A stretch of 64,000 nucleotides of DNA from Chrysomallon squamiferum (taxonomy: Eukaryota > Animalia > Mollusca). The notes below the pieces were generated by a model. That model had not been told where the DNA came from. It did not search any database and saw only the letters and a list, made by a program, of their open reading frames with translations. The position numbers were made by a program, and so were the translations under genes. The stretch is taken from contig CM022667.1 of assembly GCA_012295275.1 (NCBI GenBank), forward strand, positions 22,196,001-22,260,000, given 5' to 3'. The first letter of the stretch is position 1, and each line of letters opens with the position of its first letter. Positions 11,358-22,657 of the stretch are shown one piece after another.

Positions 11358-14300
11358 ATGGATGCGTCACTCGTGAAGCAGATTGAAGAAGCTCTGGAAC
11401 TTGACAGCAGCAATAAGTATTATGTAGGTGAAAAATGATTTTTTTAATTTTTAATTTTTAATTTTTTTACTGTAAACTGATGATTATTCGATATGATTAA
11501 TCTGTAATGAAATAAGTAAGACCGGATTACATTAACCATTATTAATATTAGTATTAATGACCGTAATCATTTAAAGAATATTCCAGAATAACTGTAAATG
11601 TAATGGCGAATGTTATTGGGGATTTCAAATATCTGTTATGGTTTTCGGTTTTAAGTGTATACTAATGTTATTGGGTTTTTTAATCAAGAAAAAAATATGA
11701 TAATAACAAGAACAACAAAAAACAACAATAACAATAATAATAATAAATAAATAAATAAATAAAATAATATGGAAGAGCACTTTTTGAAATAAATGCAGGT
11801 TGCCATAAATTCTAAAATCCAAAAAACCTGCAAAATACAAAATTTATTATGGATTATGGATATAAATTGTATATGAAATATAAATGAATTTCATGATTTG
11901 ACTTAGAATTTCATCCTATTCTGAGACCATCTCCTTACATTCCAAAATCCCAAAATTCAGAGATCCAATATTTTGGATAAGAAGTGCTTAATGTGTAGAA
12001 TAAGAATCTTAACACTAACTGTGTTTTACATAAACGTAAGTGAAGCCAATAGAATGAATGTCAAAGAATAAAATATTAATTTAAGCTGCTGTTTAAATAG
12101 TACTGTTCAAAGCTTGTTTAATGTGAATATGATATTTTTGATAATATAAATATGAGAACATTAGTGGATTAGAAAGTTTGCAGTTAAACTTAAAATAGTC
12201 CGGTGGCAGGGACCGATAAGCAGGCATTGCAGTCCGTACAAAGTTTTGTTGCTGTTTCTATACCTCTGAGATGTGCTCTTTAAGAATCTGAATGATGCCA
12301 CTCTGTCATCCTTGGGCAATCTGCACAATATGCAAATTAATGATGCCATTCCTGAAAATCTTGTTTTCGTCAATATCTCTATGCATGGTATCAAAATAAT
12401 TTTGAGGGGTAAAGAATCAGATTAAGCCATTTCAGTCAAGATCACACCAATATTTTGTGCAGAATAGGCTTATTAAGGCCGCCATTACTGAAAATCTCGT
12501 TTTCGTCAATATCTCAGTAACTACACATGGTATCAAAATAATTTTGGTGTTTTTAGGGGTAAAGAATCAGATTAAACCATTACAGTATTGATCACACTAA
12601 TATTTTCTGCAAAATATGCAAAAATCAACTTCAGTGTATATCCAAGTCGTTACAGAACATGCCCTTTACTTACGCTGATGCATGTTGCCATTACTGATTT
12701 GACTCAGTCCTCAAACAAGTGTTTTTCAACAACATTGACACAGTCATCAACCCATCGGGTGTGCTCATTCCGGCAGTGTGCTTCTCCGTGACATCCACAA
12801 AACATTGTGCATGCAAGTGAGCTGTATAGCATCCACACATTGCTGTCAAACAGGGTGTATCCGTAGCACAACCCCACCTTATCATTTCCAGCACCTCCAG
12901 TGGAGCAACACTAATGTTTGGTTGCAATGTTACTGGGATCAAGCATCTATTGCGTTTGTCACGTTCCCATCCGAACTTGACAGGATCTAATGCTGGAGGT
13001 TCTGAGTTGAGAGCTGATTTCCAAATGGCAGTCTGAATGTGCGCCTGCTTTACGTTCTTTTCGAATGCCTCTTTAGAAGGTGGAAGTGACTTACGCTCTG
13101 GAGCCTTTGTCAAATTTTTTCTACCCATCCTTCACTACCAGACTTCTCCACAGACCTCAGACATGTTCGATGTCACTAAGCTGAACCCAGAGGCGAGATG
13201 TGATGCTTCTTAAGGAGATGCTTTCAAGCGCTCCAAGCATTTCCTCATGACTTTCGCATCCTTCCAGATGTGCACGCAACAGTTCTTCTGTCACTAACCG
13301 AAGGGCTCTAAAGTTCTGTGGGAACTTCTTCCCCGACAGCATGTGTGCCACACCTCCAAAACACGATTTCATGATATCCTCAAGTCCACTGTCTGCCATC
13401 AATATGCCAACACAGCCAATAAAACTCATGAGCATGTGCATGCCCCCAAGCCTTGGTATGAAATCCAAGAATCCCTCTGGGTAAACCCATTTCACATTGA
13501 CTGCAACTCTGTAGAGCTGCTGATCAGTTGTCAGAATAGTAATGTCCTGTCCATATTCCTTTGTTAGTGTCGAGCCTCGCTCATGGCTGTGAGCATGGAG
13601 TCCAGGTGGGCTGGATTCATATCAATCAATGGCAAATACACTGCCTTTGTCGCTGGTTTCACACTCTGCCCTCTCTACACAACTTGGTGTTGAAGCCACC
13701 GAACTCGATAGGGTTCGTGCTTGTGGCAACACACTTAAAGAACTCGGAAGTCTCAATGTCAGGCCGATGCTTTGAACCTAAGAACTTCATCTTAGCTGCA
13801 AGACGCAAGGAAGTCATAAAATTCTTCAATCAACCCTTTCCAGTTTAAGACAACACCGAGCACAATCTGGAGGGTTGTGAATCTACCACTTATGGCATTA
13901 GTAACAATGTTTCTTAGTGAGAGCGGCTGGTAAGGTGTGGTCCAACTTTGTAGAAAGCTTTGCTAGCAAGGATAACAAAGTGGAACTGACACAGTCAAGG
14001 GTAATGTCCATATCAACTCTGGCATGATAGTTCTTGTCTTCAACTAATGATTCCTTTACATCATGGACAACCTGGTGAGCAACCTTTTCCAGTCCAATCT
14101 CAACATCATCTTCGTCACTGCTCGGCTCTAGTCTCAACAAACTAGATGCTTTACTTCGAAACACGAGCAGACTAGCAACACCTGTGCCACTCAGCACAAG
14201 AAGATCCGAACCAAAGTTTTCTAACAACTTGGAGACTAAGGTTTGGCGACTAATGTCTCTTCCACCATTGGACTGGTATAGGTCGTATGATTCTGCTCTC

Positions 14301-17300
14301 ACTGCACTGACTGTCATTTCAAAAGCCACATCCACCTCCTCTTGGCTACTACTAGATGCTGCCAAAGCTGACTTCATTGACCGAGGTGAACAAAACTTCT
14401 TGTAACAGTCTGTGTGGTATCTACCATCTGCTGCATGCAGATCACTCACTGCCCCAGCCAAATGTGTCTCTACCTCGTGTCCCCAGTCGTCGTGACGAGA
14501 TCTACAGACATCTAGAAGGGTTTCCTTAAAAGTCTTTCTCCCCTCACCACGGTCCGCTGTCCTACAAAGAACAACCCTGTGCCAACGATATGGTTACTTA
14601 GGATCAATGTCAAGGCATTCCTCACCGCAGAAAAGGCAATGTTGCCTGAAGTTGAAGGTTGTCGATCCAGACCAACGCAGACGTTTTCCTGCAGAAGACT
14701 CTTCAGAACCTTTTGATGCGCTCAGTTTATTCAAGTGTCTCTTGATTTGGATGTATATGTGGATACACAATCTCTATGACAAAGCGCCTCTAAATCTTTG
14801 TCTGCCAACAGTCTAGTTTCAAGATCTTCATGGAGATCATCAAATCTCTGTTTACTTGATTCAATGATAGTCTGTATCCTGTCAGTCCCTGTGACACTAA
14901 GTTCCTTCTTGCTTCCATCTTCTTTACAAAAGATGCAGCACCCTTCCATCTTTCAGTTCTACCTGGAAGAGAAGATATATGTGAGCCACTCCGGCAGAAC
15001 CAGGCGCTTCAATAACAGAGAAGTGCCTGCTTTTACCAGGCCGCTATTACTGATATTATCAATAATGGCGGTCCTTATTTGCATATTTTGCAGAAAATAT
15101 TGGTGTGATCAATACTGTAATGGTTTAATCTGATTCTTTACCCCTAAAAACATGTGTACAGACACCAAAATTATTTTGACCATGTGTAGTTACTGAGATA
15201 TTGACGAAAACAAGATTTTCAGTAATGGCGGCCTTAATATGCCTATTCAGCACAAAATATTGGTGTGATCTTGACTGAAATGGCTTAATCTAATTCTTTA
15301 CCCCTCAAAACATGGAGATATACACCAAAATTATTTTGATACCATGCATAGTTACTGAGATATTGACGAAAACAAGATTTTCAGTAATGGCCATTCGTCA
15401 CGTAATGGCTGCCTTAATTTGCATATTGTGCAGATTGCCCAAGGATGACAGAGTGGCATCATTCAGATTCTTAAAGAGCACATCTCAGAGGTATAGAAAC
15501 AGCAAAAAAACTTTGTACGGACTGTATTGCAAGGTTCTCCAAAAATCTGGGGTTTGGCAACCGGACTAAAAGTAATATTAATCACTGTAGGAAGAATTTG
15601 ACTTATCAGTGTTTTAAATATACTAAAGTACATTTAAAAAATGGTTTATTTTAAAAGAAAACTTGGTTTAAAAAATACGTAGGGTTGGCAATAATTTACT
15701 GATTATTATTATCAGTCACAAACAAGTGTTATTTTAATCAGTCTTGTATCAATAAAATATATTTTCCAAATTTTTTATACATTCCTGTTTCTGTGTGACA
15801 TGAATCTTGTGGAAAACAGTGAATAAAATGCAATAGTTCTATTCAGGAAATAAATCTTGGGGGTCTTTCAAGTGTCTGACTATATATGTTCATATTTAGT
15901 AATACAGTTACGGGTTAATAAAATAATAACAACATCATCAACAACAACAACAACAACAACAACAATACAGATAATCTCTGGTTAGAAATTGCAAGAAGTG
16001 TATAGGAAAGAAATTTGTCAATCCAATTTAAATACTCTTTGCGTGCAGATGTGCACGCATAACACACACACATGCACTTAACACATACTGAGACATACTT
16101 GCACATATTCTTGCACAACAAAATCTGTACATACTTGTCAGAATTTTTGTTATAACAGTGACAAACTTTATTTTATTTCAGGAAGCCTATGTGAAATATG
16201 TTGAATGCATAATACAAGTGGCCAGTTGTTTGTTACGTAGTGTTACCCAGGGCCAGGTGACCTCCACAAGTGTAGCTTTTCGCTATGTACAACTTGGACA
16301 GCACTCGTTTGACAGAATCTCATCATTGCTGAAACATTTGTGTAATTATCTTAACTATATATGTATGAGCTTTTACAAGTTGTTTCTTATTAATATTAAT
16401 AATTTTGTAATTACCTAGGTAGTTTTTTTATTATATACATATTTATTATTGAGTACAAATTCTTCAAATGCATTGCACTTTTTATGAAAAGCCAGTTAAT
16501 CATCAACCTTTTATAAATATGGTAAAAGATGAAATTAATACAGTTGTAACACTAATTATTCACATTTATAATGCAACATGTTTCTAACATTTCTTTTTTC
16601 GTGTACTATTAAACAACAACAAAAAAAGGTGTTATACCAGTGCAGCTATTAACTGTGATAAAAATTACAAAATTACAAACAGAATGAAACTCAAGTGATT
16701 ATGTATGTAAATGTGTATTGCCCATGTAATCTTAACTAGGACTGTAAAATCATCACTGGCCTTTTAAATTTATTTTTCTGTTACGGTTATAATTTTTTCT
16801 TTTTTATCTATTTACTAGTAATCACTGAATAATTTTTCTATTAAATGTGTGTTTTGTATTTTTAGCTGGAACTGTAGAAAGTAAAACAAATCTCAGACTA
16901 ACAGATCCAGCTCCACCTCTACAAGATGAAGCTTCATCACATCACTTTTCTTTGGACAGGTACAGTTTATACTATTTACAGCAGAGGTCTGTATTTTGAA
17001 TAAAGGACAATCTTTTCAACATAATGTATTATATGCATAGTTAACCATATTTTTTTAAAGCTAACATACTGTTTAATGATTACAAGAATCAGAATATAAG
17101 CATTTGTATTCTAAGAAAGCAATAGTCTTTAACCTCATAATTGACAAATGACTCTTTTGAAAGAGGCTTTAAAATCATAATTTTTATCTAAACAAATCAG
17201 GCAAGAAAGATATTAAGCACTATGTGGAAGATTGGTTAATTTAATTATTATTTTCAGAAAGAAGACACTTTCACCAATGGAGATAGCCTACAAACAGAAT

Positions 17301-20300
17301 CAACAGCTCATGGTGGCATATCAAGCACGAATATCTGGTTTGAAGACTAGAGATGCAAAAACAGCTAGTTTGGTGTGTTTGACATTTTATCAAATTCACA
17401 ATCTTTTCTTTATTTAATAATACCATACCAAAATCTGAGATCAGCTGCCTATTGATACATACACTAAAAAGAAGTAAAATATAACATCCATTATAATTTT
17501 CTTTGAAATCATTGCATACAATAAATTGCTTATGAAAAAGTTTATACTTTATTAAGTGAATGTTCAAGTTTTAACAGAAATATCTTTGATAAACATATAT
17601 AAATGTTTTTTAAATAAAAGGTTGAAGATATATTCCAATAAAATGGATAAGATATTTGGAAACAATATTGAATAATTAAGTGTAAAAACCCACAAGAACT
17701 GTAATGAAAGAAAGTAATGAATATGGCTAATGTTAATAAAGTGTTAAATATTATTGGTTATATACAACATTACTTTTATTTCATAACAATTTTTTAAATT
17801 TTATGTAGAGTTTAACAATTCAAAGAAAGATGGCAGAAAATCTTGCAATTGCCAAGGCACAAGAAGAAGCAGTATCCTTTGTTTTTTGTTATTTTATTAG
17901 TATTATTTTATTGAAAGTTAGGATATCAAAGGTATTTGTCTAATTTTCTTACTGAATTTTTTAGGTCTGATTTAAAACTGAATTATTATTGAAAATGTTT
18001 AAACAAAAGTAAATTTTAAAAACCAAAATACTGAAAAAAATGAAAAGATTTTCTTAAAGCTGAAGCTTTCCAAGAAAATGAAGGAAAGACAACTCCGACT
18101 GGATGAACAAGCATCAAGGTACCTACAAAAGACAATATATTTTTGTCTGAAACAAAAGTTTTGTCATTTTTATATCATTTTGGCAGTGAAAAAAAATATA
18201 TTTAGATTTGAAAAGAATCAAAAAATGTTAGGACATTTCAGTGCAGTTAACTTTTTATATCTTCAGTAAAAATATGCTCTTCCTACCATATTATTTATGC
18301 AGCATCAACTTAATTGTTAAAATTAAATTGATATAATTTTTTTTAAATGTGGATTGTTTCAAAAGATTATAGTTGTCTAGGAGCTGTAACCTGATTATGT
18401 GAGTTAGGTTTACATCACAGCTCTTTTAACAGGTATCATTTCGATAACTTAGGCTGAACATAAGGACAAAATTTAAACATTTTATTTATGCCATTAGTGT
18501 GTTTTTCATTTCTACATATAAAGTTATTAAATGTTAATTAAACATTATGAAAAACTTGTTTTTATTTACCACACATTTTGATGTGCCTTCTGGCCTGTCT
18601 CAAATAAGAATGTACATTTAAAAATTTCATTCTGCATAAAATTATTAATGTTTTTATATAGACTTTATAACCACTATGTATATTTTTATCAGACGTTTTG
18701 CTGCACTTGTTGGGATATCAGAAGAGGAACAAGAACAGAGACAGATTTATAAAAAGATTCTAGAATATGAACAAGAAGCAGTAAGATATTTATGTTTGTT
18801 CAGTTTTGTAGAATAATCCAATTAGATAACTTAAATATATGTGTAAAAGATTTGTTTTAACATTTTATAAATGATAAGACAAAATGTCTGAATGTGTGCG
18901 TTAATTATTTTATGAACAGCAGGCAAAAATACAAAATCTTAAAATGAAAATTCTTAATGTATCCTGTGAAAAAAAGCAAAAATATATTTGGCAAATATGT
19001 ATGGAACCTAATTTTTTTGTATTTTAGAAATGGCTGGCAGAATGGCGTCATAAGCTGAATAGCAATCCATCAGACACCATCCTAATAAATCAGCTAATAC
19101 AAGAAATTCTCAGGTATTATATTTTTTATATAATAACTTGCTCTAGACCCCAGACCTTTAGAAATGTTTTTATACTTTAATAAACATTATTTTACAGTTT
19201 GTATCAGAAAGAACAAACTTGCATATAATAACTTGATCATAAATTTAATAAATAAAGCATTTTTTCCTTTGACTTAATTCTATTAGTTTCAGTTTAACAA
19301 TTTAAATTTATATAATCTTTATCTGCAGATGTACTGACCACCCACTGACACAGCTGTTGAAAACTTATCAGTTTAAAGTGTACAAAAAACTTTATCCTTT
19401 GGTTTCACAGAAATCTGATTTTGTGAAGGATGTTGTTGTACCTCTTCCTGAATATCTTCATCCAGCTAACTTTAAAGAGAAAGCATCTGAAACAGTGATG
19501 AAAGAGAAATCTGTTGACCAAACAGAAAATAACAACATTTGTATTAAGGCTTATAATAATGATTCTGTAGAAAAGGTACTGGTCAGTGACGAAAACAAGG
19601 CAAACAAGTTTATCAGCAGTGGATTTTCCATTAAAGAAATTATACAAGAGGTATCTGGCAAGCAGAGCAGTGAAGAATCTCCTGAAAATAATAATCTCAA
19701 GAATTTTGAAAACAGCACATTTTCATCTAAAAAAAAGGAAACAATTGTAGGTTATCCTGACCAAGCTGTTGAGGATTCTGATTGTAAACTTAGTGAAGAC
19801 ACTAGTTCTGAAGGTTTTTCATGTAATAAAATTGAAATACAAGTTAATGAAAGCTGTCAAACTGATCAAGAAGACTTTGTTGATGGCTATCAAGAGAATA
19901 AAAATGATATTGAACTAGCAATGAGAAAAGGTGGACAACTGGATAAACAGTTGAGTTCTGATATAGAACAAGCACAAAAAATGTTGATTAATTTTTCCAA
20001 AGATTATGATAAATACAGTGAAGAAAACATGGATGATCTTTTTGAAGATGATGATGATGATGATACAGATGGCAGTCACAAAACTGAGAATACTGAAAAA
20101 TCTAAATCTGATTCGCAACATAACAGTCTATTCTCTGACTATCAACCAAACAGTTGTCAGGTAACCACTCCCAGCTCAGATACATCAGTAACAACAGGAC
20201 AGTTGGAATCACCACAGCATTCAGTTTCACAAAGTATTAGTGAGCTGAAATTTAGTGACATGTCAGAGGAAGCATATCATCAACATCTGAAGTCAATATC

Positions 20301-22657
20301 TCAAGATGTACATAGTTACATGGACAAACTACTTGTCATGTTCACTATTGCTTATGAAAAACTGGATTCTCCTGCAGGTCAAGATTTGTGTTATGCTTCA
20401 CTGGAGGAATTCTTTTTGAAAAACTTGTGGAAATACCTGTTAACTTTGTACAGGTAAAATATGAACATTTTCTTATATCTGTTATGAATTATGAATTTAT
20501 GTGTGTATGTATGTGTATGTTTGTGTGTGTACTTATAGATGTTATAAAGTACAAATCAACACCATGTCCTGTTAATTAGTTAAATATTTAAACAATAAGA
20601 CCATTTTTAAAGTATCTTTATTTTGAGACATGTATTCACTACAGGTGTCAGGTTTCCTTACTTATCAGTGTTGAAATACATTGTTATATATGTGTACAAA
20701 TGATGGCAAAGTGGAAATAAAACATCCCATTTTGCCGCTTGATAAGTGTTGGCCATTTTATTCTCATAGCAAAAATCTCTTACCTCATTAACATAAAAAT
20801 TAAAATGAAAAATAATTTTTTGACACGAATATATATCATTCTTGTTAATCTATTTTTATTTAAATTTTATAGGTTTGCTAATAAGTCCAAGGAGACTGTT
20901 TTGGCTTATTACATGACAGTGAGACAGGATTCTTCTCCTGCCAGTTTTGGTGTGGTTGACAAACTGTGTTTGATAGATGAACACTGTGATCGGATTCCAT
21001 ACCAGTCAGCCATTGATGAATTATGTAGCATTAAAGAATATTATACCATGTTGAGTAAACTGGAATGTGTTGGTTTGTAATTTTTTTAATTTATTTCTGT
21101 TAAATACTTGAACTTTTTAGCTTTGTTATTAATGAATTGTACTCAACTTATTTTGGGCAGCAAGTGGATTATGGTTATGTCATCTTATATGTAACAAATT
21201 GTATATAAAATATTGATAGGTCTTTATAAATATAAGCATTTTAAAAACTATCTTTCTTTTTTTGTAATAGTTCGAGTTTGTCGATTGGTTATGACATGCA
21301 TAGAAGATCACTATAAATCAGATCCAAACAACTCAAAGAAATCACCAAATGTGTAAGCAAAATTTCACTAATGTTTTGTTCTTTTAAAACTTTTTGAAGA
21401 GTAATAGAACTAAAGAAAACAAAACAGAAAAATAATTGAAAATAATGTGTGTTTTTGAAGAATATAATTTAAACTTTTTTCTTTTATTCTGAGATGGGTA
21501 TTCTCATCTAATTGCAAACATTTAGCCAGTAAAATAAACATGTCAGGCATTTTACTGGAGAGGTTGAATAAATTATTTGTGATTCCCAGAGATTCTGTCA
21601 AAAATCTCACAAAGAGATAATTAAATTATGTTATATAGTTTTATTCCTGTTTAATTCAGTGTTTAAAAATTTTATGGTTTTTTTTTTGTCAGTGGTGCAG
21701 ATGATCTTCTTCCCATTTTAAGTTACATTGTCATCAAGACTTGTCTGCCCCAGCTGTTATCAGAATGCAGCGCCATGTCAGAGTTCATACATGAAGGGTA
21801 ATGTATTCATTCATACACCAAATAACAGTTTGCTTATTATTTTAGTTTTCAAAATAATTCATATATTTATAGTGATTAATATCAAAATTATTTCACATTT
21901 TTATAGTAATTAATATCAAAACTGTTTTAATTCATGTAATTGTAAAATAATTCTACATGATTCTAGATAAAATAACATTAAACTTGTAAATACTTGTATG
22001 ATACTAAATTTTTGTGGTTAATTATATAGAACATCATTCTGGTCTGGCTTTCTGAAATACTTAAAAAAACATTTTGAGGTTGTTTATTTATTATTTTGTC
22101 ATGCATTAAGGGCTATCAGAGTATGTATCTGTGTGCAAAATATTTCACAAAAGTAATTTTTTCTATACTCTTAGCTTTCTTATTCTTCAGTCTTCTTTCT
22201 TCTTATTTATCTTTCTTTTTGCTCATGATACTCAATTCACATATTGTTATATAATCATGGTTATCAAAGCATAAATTGCTTTGACAGTTTCCAGTTATAC
22301 TTTGAATATAAAAATACTTATATGTTACTTGTTCATGGACCAGTTTTATTTATTAATAAAATAATTTAAGTAGCTCACAAGGATGTTTGAGAAAAGTGAT
22401 AAATATCTATCTCTAGATCTCTTTTATTATTGAATTTTTTTGCCATGGTCATATCCTCAGTCTATCAGAAATGTTTGACCACCATGAAATTTTTAGACAA
22501 AAACAAAATGGCTATCTATATTTCCCATTTTCCAAAAGCTTTTTTTAACATGTTATATTTTCTGTTCAGGTATATCATGGGGGAAGAGGGTTACTGTTTA
22601 ACATCACTCCAGACAGCTATATTGCACATTGCATCATACAGAATGGGGAAGACTTGA
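11358..22657 (+). CDS. VPS9D1: VPS9 domain-containing protein 1 (N-terminal MIT-like helices, C-terminal VPS9 Rab-GEF domain), 13 exons, ~774 aa
   Basis: Exons 11358-11423, 16182-16341, 16866-16959, 17258-17372, 17809-17871, 18066-18118, 18693-18780, 19028-19113, 19329-20453, 20873-21072, 21271-21352, 21693-21797, 22570-22657; phases are consistent (2325 nt). Motifs [47 protein letters not shown], and the VPS9 motifs [11 protein letters not shown] and [22 protein letters not shown]. Confidence 0.92.
12196..15568 (-). mobile_element. Academ-superfamily (AcademX-like) DNA transposon, decayed, in VPS9D1 intron 1
   Basis: Termini TAGTCCGGTGGC...GCAACCGGACTA are flanked by AAA on both sides (candidate 3-bp TSD). 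Long subterminal inverted arms span ~12230-12622 and ~15078-15525. The interior is GC-richer, with transposase fragments [38 protein letters not shown] / [19 protein letters not shown]..., DP..FGW and a terminal Cys-rich cluster. Confidence 0.8.
12691..14949 (-). pseudogene. Fragmented Academ transposase (frameshifts and internal deletions; XPG-like nuclease segment apparently missing)
   Basis: ORF pieces 14731-14949, 13898-14461, 13157-13495 and 12691-13128 are colinear but in different frames. The RLGGMH block joins almost directly onto the LPPS/Cys block. Confidence 0.75.
17872..18065 (+). other. U12-type GT-AG intron in VPS9D1
   Basis: 5' splice site GTATCCTTT is the perfect U12 consensus. 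The 3' end is purine-rich with branch-like TTTCTTAAA (18050-18058) before a GAAG acceptor. Splicing restores AKAQEEA|[12 protein letters not shown]. Confidence 0.8.

Noticed and set aside
12161-12394. Near-identical short ORFs at 12161-12394 (-) and 15312-15569 (+)
   Set aside because: These are translations of the transposon's inverted arms, not genes.
19357-20457. 366-aa ORF as a standalone gene
   Set aside because: It is VPS9D1 exon 9.
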